A DNA stretch of 46,076 bases, counting the filler, from Jimgerdemannia flammicorona (lineage: Eukaryota): NCBI GenBank assembly GCA_003990765.1. It is 2 parts of 2 records of this genome, joined end to end, with 100 filler letters (N's around TTAATTAATTAA, not from the genome) between each part and the next. Parts side by side here need not be neighbours in the genome. Positions count along the whole stretch, not along the records: positions 1 to 22,995 come from RBNJ01001172.1; 1 more part is not named here. The stretch is one strand, 5' to 3'. This document shows positions 9,617-22,032 of the stretch, in pieces (the stretch's first letter is position 1; each line of letters opens with the position of its first letter). The notes beneath the pieces were generated by a model. The model saw only the letters and a list, made by a program, of their open reading frames with translations, made no database searches and had not been told where the DNA came from. A program made the translations under genes and the position numbers.

Positions 9617-12600
9617 TTAGCCAATATCCCCAGGTTCTCTTGCTCCACCCACTCCTTCTCTCTACCAAAGAACCATCCAACCACCCACCACTCTAACTAC
9701 TACCACTCTTCTCACAAATACAATTCACCAATTTTCTATGGCTTTCCCCACTTAGTCCCCACCCTCTCCACCAGCCATTCAAAATATCCAGTACCAACCA
9801 TTCTCAATATACTACCCTAGCCCCAACTTCACCCCATCAGCCCTCCTCAAAGACATAAATCCAATGACAGGCCATCTCTACCCAAATCACCAAGACCCAC
9901 CCCAAAGTCAGTCATTCATCCCCAACCCCATCCACTAACCTTTACCAGAGTTCCCCCTATCTCCCTCCTTCCCTCCCACCAGGGGCTGCAAACCCAATCT
10001 CACTATAATACTATACCAAAATCCTCCAAAACTTCACACTCTCCTAGCCAATGTTCAGGCATTTGTACCACTCCCCCCTCCTGACCAATGTCTATATATT
10101 CCTCACACTCCAACATACCATCTATCACCAAGTACCCTGACCAATAGTTCAGCATCACATTCTGCCCAAGGAACCTCCACCACACTACCCAAAACTTGGG
10201 AGAAATCCACTACATTGCCCTCTTGCTCCAAGGCCAAACCTCATTCCAATCTCACTCCTCACTGATCTCCACTCTTTGCCATGCTTCAGGTCATATGTCC
10301 CCCTTCAGTCTCTGCATATATTCTATTTCATCACTAAGCTGGAAATCTTCCACCACTGAACCTTCCAACAGTAGTCTGTCCCAATGCTACATCTGTAGTC
10401 CCCAGTCCTCCTCCCCCTCATCACCCTGCCATCAAAGTCTGATTCTTCTTATACCATCTATAGCTCCCCACCAAAAACCTTTGTACCACATCCTCCTGCT
10501 CTCATCCATGGCCACCATCACAAGCAGATCACCTGTTGCTCCATAAGGGGAATATCAAACTTCCCACAACCTCTGTATGAGGGGCACCCACTCTTGGTCC
10601 CTCAACTCACTTGCTCTCTTCAGCCACTATGCACACAAGTAATGAAGGCGCTTGGTAAAGTCCACCAAACCCAGCCTACCCCTGTCAACAGGCAGAGTGA
10701 GAACCTCCCAGCCTATCTAACTTCTCTGCTCAGCCCAGATCCATGATCTCACCATCTTCAGAAGTTATCTGACCACCTATGCTGGAAAGTCCAGATAGTA
10801 TCCCACATACCACAACTTCAGCAGCCAATATACATTCAGCACCATCACCCTTCCTACCAAGGATATATGCTGACTACTCTACCTCAAGAAAACATTCCCC
10901 CATACTAGTAGCTATTGTTTCCACCATATACAGGGTAGGAGAGACCCATATACTGAAAAGAAGATCCCCAAGTATTGGACCAGTTCTTCTGCTGGAACCA
11001 TAGTTCCAATCACATTACCACTGACTAATCCACCACTTAGCACTAGAGTTTCACATTTGTGCCAGTTGAGTTTAGCACCTGAGCCCCTCTTATACCATTC
11101 CACAGTCCTTCTTAATTTCTTCACATCCTGTAATGAACTCAGGCCAACTACTATATCATCTGCAAAAGCCCCTACCTTCCAATTAATCCCCAAAATATCC
11201 AACTCCCCTATTCTATGACAGATTCTATCCAATAGGAGCTCCAAAGTGAGGGCATAAAGGATGGGTGACAAAGAGTCCCCTTGTGACACCCCTCAATCTA
11301 GTAGAAAGGTCTCACTTCTGTATCTATTCACCACTAATGCTACTTGACTGTTTTCCAATAGACTAATGAGTGACCTCCTGAACTCTGGGGGAATACCCAT
11401 ACATTTTAGTACTCCCTCCAGCCAGACTCTTCTCACCCTATTATATATCTTCTCCTGATCCAGAAACACTAACTGGCTGTCCATCCCAGCTGTCTGAGCT
11501 CCTTCAATCACCCCATGGACCCAGGCAGTTCCATCTTGGATTAACCACCCACCAACAAATCCTCTCTGCTCTACTCCTAGTACCTGCTGTGTGATCCCCT
11601 GCAGTCTAGTCACTAAGATCTTTGTCACCAGCTTGTGGTCTATGTCCAGGAGTATGGTTGGCTACCAGTTCTTCCAATCTTCCCTTCTTCTCTTATCCTT
11701 ATAGATCAAGGAGACCAGCCCTAGGCACAGGCCCCCAATCCAAGTTCCAGATTGGAGGACCTCATTATACATCTCTGTCATCTCTTCCAAAACCACCTCT
11801 ACCTCTGCTATCTTCTTCCAAAAATCCCAGGAGAGCCCATCCTCTTCTAGAGCTATCTCTTTACTTGTCAAAGCCAAGACCACATATACTTCCTCCCCCT
11901 ACACTGGGACTCCCAATGACTCCAGGCCTAGAGCTGGGTCCAGATGCCAGTTCTCTAGTTGCAGTTCAATGTTCTAGATATCCTGACCCCCTTCTTCATC
12001 ACTCCACAAGTTCCCCCAGCAAGTCCTTAGTAATTCCAAAATCTTAGGAGTCCCTGCCACCATCTCCCCATCCTCATTCAGAATACCATCCCACCTCTAT
12101 CTGATTTGCCAAGCTTGGAGCAATCTTGAAAGAAATCTAGTAAGTCTCTCCCCCTCCTCCAACCTCTGCCACTGCAATATTACCACTAACTCCTTCAGCT
12201 GAATCTCTTCCTCTATTTGCAGCACCTCCTTTAACTCATTGACTTCCTTTTGTATCTGCAGAATACACTAATCCACCTCCCCTCCATCCTCTAGTGACCC
12301 TGCCCACCTCTCCAGAAGTACTGCCAATCTCTGTGAAGCCCATTACATGTGCTGCTGCTATTAAGTACTCTTCCCTTTCCCTGCCTCCCTCCAGTATCTC
12401 TGAGCATACAATTTCAACTGCTGCCAGTAATCCCCAATCAACAATCCCTATTTCTGCTACCTACTAATCTTTATAACAACCTCCATCTCCCAGACTGCCT
12501 ATAAGGAACACTCCTCCAGCAAAGAGAAGTTTAGATGCCAATATCCAGGCCCATCCCCACTTCCCCCAAATCTCCCACTTCCTAATAGCCCCCAGTGATC

Positions 12601-13269
12601 CAACTATGGGCACTAAATCACCTCCAATATATTCCAGACCTTCCCTCTCCAACACTCCACTATCAATACTCAGTTGATCCTAGAGCCCAATCCTGCCACC
12701 CAGTGAGTATAAATTCAGTGCTCCTCTCATAGCTGACACCCTAAGTCTACTAAGGAGCTCAACCTCTTAATCCAATCATCTAACCTGCCACTTCTGCCTC
12801 TCATTCCTCTCCTGCCATCAGTCCTGTCCACTCTAATATCTTGTACCATTTTAAAATCACCCCCCAGGCAATTAAACCCAGCCTCCCCCATAACCCCTGC
12901 CTCTCTCAAGTCTCTGATCCAATTGACATATTCCTGCCTCTCTGCTGGGCAGTAGTATGATCCAACAGTCAAAGGGTTCCACCTCGGCCTTTTCTATACT
13001 CCTCATACCAACCTACTTCCCCAATGTCCAATCTCTCCAATGTCCCCCAACCTCTTTCGAACCAGAATGTCCACCTGCCCAGTCTATACTGCTGCCTCTC
13101 CCCATTCTCTAGTCTAGTCCTAAAAGTCCACATCTACCTCATACTGCATGTTCTGCAGTAAGAAAAGATCTGTATCTAATTCTTTTAGCTAGCTAAATAT
13201 ATTCCTGTACCATACCACTCCCCTCAGCCCATTCATGTTCAAAGAAAGTATTCTAGTTGTACTGTTCAT
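9617..13269 (-). pseudogene. LINE-B ORF2 (APE endonuclease, RT, C-terminal Cys/His motif), heavily decayed
   Basis: MNSTTRILSLNMNGLRG, GGDFKMV, EQRGFVGG, FLDQEK, QGDSLSPILY, AFADD, YLGI, MPEHWLGEC. The end coordinate is approximate. Confidence 0.9.
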
Positions 13270-14612
13270 ATTGAATAATGTTTGATATTAAGAACCCAGC
13301 CTACAATTCCATACTCATCTCATCACCAGCCAGATCTAAATGTCTTTCTGCCTTCAAATCACCCTCTACTACTGCTTGAGCATTCAGCACTTCCAGGATT
13401 TTCTGATACTCCACCCTATCCACAACCTCTATTTCTATCTAATAGTCTGTATATACCACTCTCCACTTCTCCAACCCCTTTTTCAAATTCCACAAGTAAG
13501 CTATCTGATCATTTGCAAACCCTCAAAGGGCTTCCTCTCTCTGGTCATCAACTTGGTACTCCTCTAACTCCAAGAGCACTGCCAGTATCTCATTCCTAAT
13601 CTTCTTTGGTACCTTCTCTCTCTGGAGAATTTCCTCTCAATGCCTATCACTCAGGACCTGGAAGTTCTCTCCTCTCAGCTCCTCAGCTGCCACCCCCTCT
13701 AGGGTTTTCCACAGCTACTTCTCTTCATCTCTCACCTCAGCAAAACTCCAGGCAACTTCTTCAACCTCCACCACAGGGTCCACCAAGGCATCTCTCTTCC
13801 CTGACTCATCTCACTCCTCCTCCAATATGTCCAGTAGTTCCTCCTTCCCATCTGCCCCACTTGGGACTTCAAACTGAATACAGACTTCCTTACCTATTTC
13901 AGCATCTACCACCACACCACCCCTCTCCTCCTCACTTGAACTGCCCTGGATCATGACTGGAGTCATCCTGCACTCCCCAGCCCAAGCACTCTCTCCCAGT
14001 CCAGCACCCCCTTCTCCTGTCCTGCCACCTGCCCTACTCTCTTCCATCTTCTCTAGCAGCTCCTTCTGTAAATGTCTCCCCTGCATCTTCTCCCAGGCCC
14101 CCTTATCTATCCTGACCTTCTTCCCATCTACAATCTCCACCACCATCTTGGCTTTATACTTCTTCCAAGCCAATCACCTCCTCTCTACTGCTCCTGTCAG
14201 ATTCTCAAGAGCCTCCAGCAAGTTCTCTTCCTCCTCTGACATCCCTTTCACCCACAATACCTTACACTCTACCAGTCCCCACTTAAGAGTTGCTGGCCAG
14301 TCTCTCATCTTCCCTATGTTCTTCTTTCCAGCCAGCCTCACCTGGATATTGACATCTTCAGTCTGAAGCTCAGTATCCTCCCAGACTCTGAACCTGATAT
14401 CCATGATCTCCCTATACTCCTTGACCACCTCTACAATCAGCTCCCTGGCCCTCTCTCTTGATACCATAGGAAGATCCAATACTGTCAACTACACCACTCT
14501 GGGGTCCCAGTACATACACCTGGCCATAGGCATCTTTCTCCAGTACTATTCAGGTTACACAACCTTTGGAAAGCACTTACAACATCGTTTTTGGAGAAAA
14601 GAGACTAACAAT

Positions 14613-16635
14613 ATGGTGACCGATAGGTAATCTGAGGTACATACTGGGCAGGGTGGCCCAAGTGCTTTCGACTGGCAGCAGGTGGGGAGGGGCCCAGGCC
14701 TGGGGGGGGGCATGAGGGGGCTGCTGGTGGGTAGATAGAGAAGGGGTGGAGGTAGTGGCAGAGGCCAAGGATCTGGGAGGGCGAGCTTTGTGGAGATGGT
14801 GAAGGGGAGACAGCAGGTGTCAGGGCTGGAGGGCTGGCTGAGGAGGGGCAAGGAGACTGAGAAGGTGGCAGTGTGTGGGGGAGCAGTCCTTGGAAGGGGG
14901 GGCAGTAGAGCTGGGGAAGTAGCGGCTGGGGAGAGTGTGACTGCTGATGGCGATGGGACTGCCAATCTGGAAAAAAATCCAGATATGATGGCTGATGGCA
15001 AGGCTGAGCAGCTGAGACTTAGAAGACAAGGGGATTTGGTGGATGGTGTGATGGGTCTGGTGGTGGCCCGTTACTAAAAAAATTGATCTTGGCATTCGCA
15101 GTTACACTGTACTTTTGAGGCCTAGTGGTGATAGCGAAAATGGTACTGGGGCTCATCACTAAGCAGGTAGCAGGAGCTGCATCAGTGAAGTTTTTGAAGG
15201 GACTGGAGGGTGTGGAGGTGGGTTTTGAGGAGGCTGTGCCACTGGAGGAGGCGCTGAAGGTTGGATTGGTGGTTGGGGAGGTGTGTGTTCGGATGGCATG
15301 TTGCCTGAAGTGGGATCCCAGGGTGGTCCAACTGCTGGTGAAAGGAGTGCCCACAGTGACGGCGATGGAGACAAGAAGGAGAGTTGAGAAAGTTATAGCA
15401 GAATATGGAGAGATGGTGGATATCAGATTCAGAGTCTGAGAAGGGACCTTGCTCAGGACTAGTGATGTGGATGTGAGGATTTGGCTGGCTGGGAAGGAAG
15501 CTACCAGGAAGACAAGGAACTGGCCTTCAGTGATGGTCTGGGGAGCGATCTTGTACAAGGTGACAAGGGTGAAGGGAAGTGAGGAGGAGGAGGAGGATTT
15601 ATTGGAGCACTAGAAGAGTTGAGTGGTGCTGTAGAGCAGCGAGCAAAGGCTTGGGAGGCTTTTGTGGAGTCAACACACTTGGAGGTGGTGGATGGAAAGT
15701 GGATTTGAGTGGACAAGGAGCAGTGGGAAAGGGCTCAGGGGCATAAGAGACAGAAGGAGCTGCTGGCTAAGCTGGATAACAGACCACTGGAGGATGCAAG
15801 TAAGGTGAAGGGCACAGGGAGAGCCAAAGCAAGTGTCTGGGCTGGCAAGGGGGAGGGGAAGGCTGGGAAGGAGGCAGGGGAGAATAAGGAGAAGCCTAGT
15901 AATGACCTGTATGCTGATGGTACACTGGAGGTTTGGGAGGAGGACTGGGAGGGCTCCCCTACCCCTACCCCTCTTATCAGGCGAGGCCTGGTGTCCCAAA
16001 ACAGGGTGGTAGAGGATGTACCAATGTGGGGGGCCCAGAGGGTGCAATTCAGAGTTCCAGAGGTGGCATATGGGGGACAGGTGGTGGTGGCTGGAGAGGA
16101 GGAACTGGTGGATGTCCCAGAGGTATGGGATGAGTCTGCAAGTGCTGGGGCTGACACCACAATATTGGATGGAGGGAGGCTAGTGACTCCAGGTAGAAAG
16201 GAGGTGGGGAACTTACTTTGGATGTGCTGGATAATGAATAACCTGGTGGCAGAAGAGTTGGGGGAGGTGGACTTGCAAGTGATGAGTGATGAGCATTGGG
16301 CAAGGATACTGCAGGGGGATGGAGTGATGAAGGCATTGAAGGCAGAAATTCTTGTGGTGTACCTGGAGGAGGAAGAGTATGAGGTGGATAAGGAGAGAGA
16401 GGCAGAGATGATGGTCATTGCTGGGGAGAGGGCGGAATACTGCTGGAACAAGCATCATGGATTGCAGCTTGGGCAGGAGGTCTGTCTAGAATACTGAGAG
16501 GAGTTCGAAGAGAAGGCAGATGGGGAGATGAATGAACTACTGGCTGGATTGGAGGCTCAGAGGGCTGAAGAGGAGGAGGTAGCTGTGGAATATAATCTGG
16601 ATATGGTGCAGGAGGAGATGAGCATGGAGCAGTAG
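14613..16635 (+). pseudogene. LINE-C ORF1 (Gly/Arg-rich N-terminus, RRM-like middle, acidic C-terminus)
   Basis: ATG at 14613; fragments 14790-15077, 15125-15439 and 15709-16497. Homologous to LINE-B ORF1 (KNPD, SVKFLK, WDPRVV, DIRFRVWE). The EMSME-x-TAG stop is conserved in both elements. Confidence 0.85.
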
Positions 16636-16665
16636 AGATTGAGTAATAATATAATGTATTTCATT

Positions 16666-19600
16666 ATGAACAGTACAACCAACATTTTTTCTTTAAACAT
16701 GAATGGGTTATAGGGCGCTGCTAGACATAGGAACATTTTTACTTAGATGAAGGGATTGGAGGCCGATCTCTTTCTCTTACAGGATGTCAGGTGTGAGGAT
16801 GATTCTGATAAGATGGAATGGATGAAGGAATGGGGAGGTGTGGTGATTTGGAAGGGCAAGGTCAGGATTTTGGTTTGGAAAGGCAGAGGGGAGATACAGG
16901 ATGTGAGGAGCTGGGGGGAGAGACTGGTCTGGGGTGAGTGGATTTGTGCAGGCTGGGAGCCAGTTACAGTTGGCTCCTGTTACTGCCCTGCTGTACAGAG
17001 TGAGCATGTAGATTGGGTGAAAGGTCTACAGAAGAGTGGGATCCTTGCAGAGGCTGGAGTGGATATGCTTGGGGGAGATTTCAATATAGTTCAGGACATA
17101 CTGATGGATAGAACAGATGGAAGACGAGATGCTGAGAGCAGGAGTAGAGGACTGGTGGCATGGGAGGAGATAGAAAGACTAAGTACACTGGTAGATGCTG
17201 GTAGGGAGTGCTGGGGGGATAGGAGGGTTTATACACATTGGCCAGGGGGCCTGGAGACAAGAATCAACTGGATTCTGACAGCCAGTTGCTGGGGCCTAGA
17301 TGTTTGGAAGTCGCTGGAGGTAAAATGGTGTCCCTGGTCAGATCACTGGGGGCTTTTGGATCAGGGGTGCTTTGGGGGAAGTGGGGATGGGCCTGGACAT
17401 TGATGCCTTAATTCCTCTTTGTTAGATGACAAGACCCAGTGGGATGAGTGGGCTAAAGACATTCAGCTGAAAGTGGAGAACTGGCAGTAGGAAGGTGCCT
17501 CAGTTGGAGTTTGGTGGATGAGGATGAAGGAGATGACCAAGATTTACTAGAGTGAGGCTGGCAAAGAGGCAGAGAAGCAGAGAAGGTGAAGAGTGCATTG
17601 GGCTTCTACTAGATTGACTAGGCTCCTGGAGGAGTGGGTGAGGCTGACAATGTTGGAGAGAGAAGAGAATTGGAGATTAATGAGGGCGAAGATAGAGGTT
17701 GGTGAACTACAACAGGTGCTGCAGGAAGAGGAGGAGGCAAGGGTACAAATCTTGGTGGCACAGCTTCATTGGCAGGATCTGAAGGAAGAGGAGAGGCCTT
17801 CCAAGTTTCTTACAAGGGCCCTTAGGGTAAGAAGGGTACAGCAACAGTGGGAAGGGGTACTTGACTCAGATGGTATACTAGTGCATGGTGTACAGGACAT
17901 TCTTGAATTGCTGAAGGAGCGATGGAGTGGATTGTGGAGTGAGGAGGAGGGTGGGGCAGATGTTACTGCCATTGACCAAACATTGGAGGACTGGCACCCA
18001 CCACAAGTAGAGGGGCTAGGTGACCTGGTGATGCCTATACAGGAGGATGAGATCCACCAGGTTCTTGCCACAACAACACCAGGTACAGCACCTGGGGAGG
18101 ATGGTCTGCTCTGGGACTTCTGGAAGTGAATGGTTGGAGTCTCAGGTGTGATGGGAGAGATGACAGCATTGTGCAACATTATCCTACAGACAGGGAGGTG
18201 GGTGGGGGAGCAGAATCTTGGGCTGGTGACACTGCTTTATAAGAACAAAGGAAGGCAGGAGGATTGGAAGAACTGGAGACCAATAATGTTGCTAGATATG
18301 GACAGAAAGTTGGTGACTAAGGTGGTGGTTACAAGACTACAGAAGGTGGCACAGCAAGTTGTAGGTGTTGAGCAGAGGGGATTTGTGGGTGGTCAGCTCA
18401 TTAGGGATGGCACAGCCTGGGTACATGGAGTTATTGAAGGGGCAAGGGCCTGTAGACTGGATGGGCATCTAGTCTTCTTGGACCAGGAGAAGGCTTACGA
18501 CTGGGTGCGATGAGTCTGGCTGGTGAAAGTATTGGATAGAACAGGGGTTCCATGCCAATTCCGGTCAGTAATGGTCAGCCTACTAGAAGGGAGTAGGGCT
18601 GCACTCATGTGTAATAGACATAGAGGGGTAGCATTCCCCTTGGGTAGGGGGGTGCCCCAGGGGGACCCACTGTCCCCCATTTTGTATGCTCTTTCCCTAG
18701 AACCCCTTATGGACAGAATTAGGTGGAGGATAGTAGGGCTCTCTGTCTTTGACATTGGGTGGAAAGTTGGGGCCTTTGCAGATGATATGGTGGTTGGTTT
18801 GGGATCAATTGCTGATGTCAAGGAGCTCAAGAAGACAGTGGAGTAGTATGAGGAGAACTCTGGGGCTAAGCTGAATTGGTACAAGTGTGAAACAATGGTG
18901 CTAGGCAATGGCCTGGTGGGAGGGGAGGTTATAGGTACAATCGTCCCCACCAATGAGACAGTACAGTACTTGGGCATCTATTTGTCAGTCTATGGGTCAG
19001 TTCTGCCCAGGCTTTGGTGGGAGCAGAGGATTGGAATCTGGGAGGAGGCCCTGCAGGGTTGGGGGGGAAGACACTTTTCTCTGGCAGGGCAGGTCTTGAT
19101 TTTGAATGTCTACTGGCTGCCAAAGTTGTGGTATCTGGCTTATCATCTGAACTTCCCAGCCTGGGTAGTGAAGAGATTGATGAAGTTGGCGAAGGAATGG
19201 ATTTGGGCTGGCAGGCAGAGTCAGATTGGTTGGGAGACCTTGTCCTTACCAGTGGCAAGAGGTGGTCTTGGGCTGGTTGACTTTCCAAAATGGTTACACT
19301 GCTTGAGAGCATGGTGGCTAAAGAGGGCAGTGGAGTTGAGAGGAGGTGGTTGGGTTCCCCTACTGCAGAAGATCTGGGAGAGGTGGTTATCACCAAGAGG
19401 TTCGACTGGCGATCTCCTCTCATTGGTTGGACTTTGGAACACTGAACAACTGTGATATAAAGAATTTTGGTGGGGGATAGTGGAAGGGGTGCACCACATT
19501 GGAATTCATTGGCAGGGGAATGAAGGAGAGGTGGCTTGGGACCCGGTGATGTGGAGATGGGATTGTATACTGCTGGGTGGTGCTCCTTTAATTGAGTTTG

Positions 19601-20322
19601 ACATTGGTGATGGAATGGAATGCCAAAGGAGACTGGGCCAGGATCTGTAGCCTAGCAGTTGGCAAGGAGTTGAAATTGGTGAAGAGAGGAACTGGCATGG
19701 TGTTTGGACCTGGAGTGCCACAGTGAGAAAGTGGATGCTGCCAAAGTACTGGGTAGTCTAGTGGCGTATGCTGTGGAGGAATGTAATGCTCAACTTCTGC
19801 TTAGGGTACCTTATCATAGGGGGTTGCTTCGACTGTGAGGAGTGCCATAATATAGGGCAGAAAGAGGGTTATATACAGATGCCAGAACATTGGCTAGGAG
19901 AGTGTGAGGTGTTGGGGGACTTTTGGCGGGCAATTGGGGATTGCTTGGGGGTAAGGTGTAGGGGAGATGAAGTATGGGGGAGGTGGGAGGACTTGAGGGA
20001 TCGATTGGTAGGGGGGATAGGAAAGGAGTGGCTTACCTTAGGCTGGGTTTTGGCTATTTGGGTGGGGCTGGCCAGTCACTGGCTATTTGTTTTTGAGGAT
20101 GAGAGGAGACAGGGCTTGAGGGACCAGTTTTTGTGGTGGCATAGTCTTATGGAAGACATCTTAACAGACTGGTGGCTTGGTTGGGGGCTGCAGGGTGGTC
20201 AGAGGCACTGCTTGGTGGAGAAAATTTGTGGACAGAGTGGGGGGATAGTTGGAGTAGTTGGTGAGAGGGTGATCTTTATTCATGAGGAGGTGGAGAGAGG
20301 CTCCCCTATGGGAATTGGGTAG
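16666..20322 (+). pseudogene. LINE-C ORF2 (APE endonuclease - reverse transcriptase - zf-RVT-like motif)
   Basis: All six track fragments lie in one frame with only nonsense breaks. Motifs SLNMNGL, LLQD, GGDFN, WSDH, APGEDG, NWRPIMLL, LDQEKAYD, QGDPLSP, FADD, YLGI, CFDCEEC...EHWLGEC. Confidence 0.95.
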
Positions 20323-21195
20323 TGGGTGGTGATGATGTATACTTATTCATAGACTGGTAATAAAGATGGAGTCCAAGTGACTATAAAAAAAAAAAAAAAA
20401 TACTCCTGGCCATAGGGACTATCACTCTACCCACTATTACCCCCTTCTCCATAGCCTCCAACATTGATGCCTCTTTCTCAAATCTCACCTTGACCCCTTC
20501 TTTTTTCTTCAAGAACTTTACTGAAGCCACCCCCTTCACCTCCTGTGCCACTAGCCTCAAAATCATTCTCAGTCACTGCCAAGCTCTAGAAACACAATGT
20601 AATGGTGAATTCCAACCTTGATTTCTTGAGTAACAGTACTGACACCATACCCATCATACTATCAGCTAGGTCCCCAGGTCTTGTGCCCACCCCCTGTCCT
20701 GAACTGTCAACTACCATCACATCTGGATTTTTTTTCAGAGCTCCAGTCACAGCTCTATTAGTAGTCACATCTTCAGCCCCTACTCTCCCCCCTTCCTTAC
20801 TGCCTGACCCTCCTCTGGGGGCCCCATCCTGCTCCCCAACAGAAGCTGTTGATGCCTTTCCCAGTCCCAACCAACTATCCAGTCCAGATGCCATTCTCTT
20901 CATTTTGATCTTATCAGTAAAGATCATCCTCCCCCCTCCATGTTACTGCCATCTGCCTCTCCCTCTACTACCATCACCATGACCAGCCATAGAGGACCCT
21001 GGCATCCCCAAACTGTCTTTCTGCCTCCTCCCTACATGCTGCCAGTTGAAGGCACTGCTGTCTCCCTAACCAACATACTTACTAGTATATTTATTACTGT
21101 CCATATTGATAGTCCCCTTTCACCAAAAACATTGTGAAAAGTATTGTCTGAGTCTTATATCACCTGAATGTTACCAGTGAAAGATGATCCTTGTC

Positions 21196-21495
21196 TTATT
21201 CACTCTTATCTCTGGGGTATTTTATACAGTTGTGATTACTACTGGTTACTATATTGCTAACTATAAATTGCTAACTATGGCAAGTGTTCCTTGAAGGTAC
21301 AGTATACCTTGAGAGTATAGTGTACCTTGAGAGTATGGTGTACCTAGAGGGTATAGGTTAACATACTGTTTCTGGTATATATCTCTGGCTAAATATACAG
21401 GTTAGCACAGTAAAGCAGTCCTGATTGCTTAGTATACTAGGTATAGTATATGGTTAATTTATGATTTTAGTAGAACAATTCTGTTGCTCATTACA
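21196..21495 (-). repeat. Main part of the Gypsy-3 3' LTR, containing an 18-bp tandem array (about 4 units, 21289-21357)
   Basis: TGTAAT start after the PPT. Units cct(t/a)ga..gta..gt.ta at 21289, 21307, 21325 and 21343. A 14-bp doublet attgctaactat at about 21253-21279. TATA box at 21218-21226. Confidence 0.8.
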
Positions 21496-21535
21496 TTAGC
21501 CCCTACTAAAGGGTGGTCTGTCCTCAGACAATTCT

Positions 21536-22030
21536 TTAGTCATCATTCCAATGTGCATAAGTATCTTTGGTATCAATACCTGAATCAGCATCTTCATTTG
21601 GATCAGAGTTACTCCATTCAACAGGTTCTTCTTCTTCCTCTGGAAACAGGATCTCAACATGATTGATGATGCTCCAGTAGGTGGCAGGATTCATATTTTG
21701 GATATCATTCAGAAGGAATTGTGCCTGTGTCAATACTGGGATATTTTGTTTGTAAATTGTATATAATCTGTTTACAGCAGTGGTATTTTTCTGGGTGAGG
21801 CCAGTGGAGTTTCTGATGTAGGTCAGGTCTGCTGCTGGGAGGTTCTGCAACTATTCTCCAAATTGCATAGTAGGCCTGCAGCTGGTGGACTTGCAGTAAA
21901 CATCTGGCCAAGGTGAGGTTCTCTTGATGGGTCTGGATTTGTTGAAGAGAGTTTCTATTGGCTTGTTGGAATTATAGAAGGGAAACTGAGAGTGATTGGA
22001 ATGAACTCAGAACAAGGGTCTGGAGGCACT
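21536..22030 (-). pseudogene. Gypsy-3 accessory ORF between integrase and PPT, homologous to the Gypsy-2 LTR ORF
   Basis: Track ORFs 21705-21911 (N-part) and 21536-21850 join through one frameshift and stop: LQAYY/QFGE*LQNLP...IRNSTGL...AVNRLYTIY...acidic tail. The start is uncertain. Confidence 0.65.
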
Positions 22031-22032
22031 GG

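Larger units (their letters stand above)
14531..20400 (+). mobile_element. LINE-C: full-length 5.87-kb L1/Tx1-like element, the innermost insertion
   Basis: TSD tac(a/t)cctggccatagg at 14515-14530 and 20401-20416. Poly(A) at about 20385-20400. Short 5' UTR, ORF1 and ORF2 present. Confidence 0.95.
9503..21195 (-). mobile_element. LINE-B: full-length L1/Tx1-like element (about 5.8 kb of own sequence: 9503-14530 plus 20417-21195), interrupted in ORF1 by LINE-C
   Basis: Poly(A) at 9503-9516. TSD ttattcactcttatctct at 9486-9503 and 21196-21213. 5' end CATCTTTC...ATTCAGG is shared with LINE-C. ORF1 ATG at 21104, stop at 13301-13303. Confidence 0.92.

Noticed and set aside
16633..16668. LINE-C ORF1-ORF2 fusion or read-through (same frame, single TAG)
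   Set aside because: LINE-B has TAG at the same position (EMSMEL*) and its ORF2 ATG is out of frame, so the stop is genuine and the shared frame is incidental.
13282..21137. Many Pro/Ser/Leu-rich ORFs antisense to the LINE ORFs
   Set aside because: They are shadows of the G-rich LINE sense strands and contain no domains.
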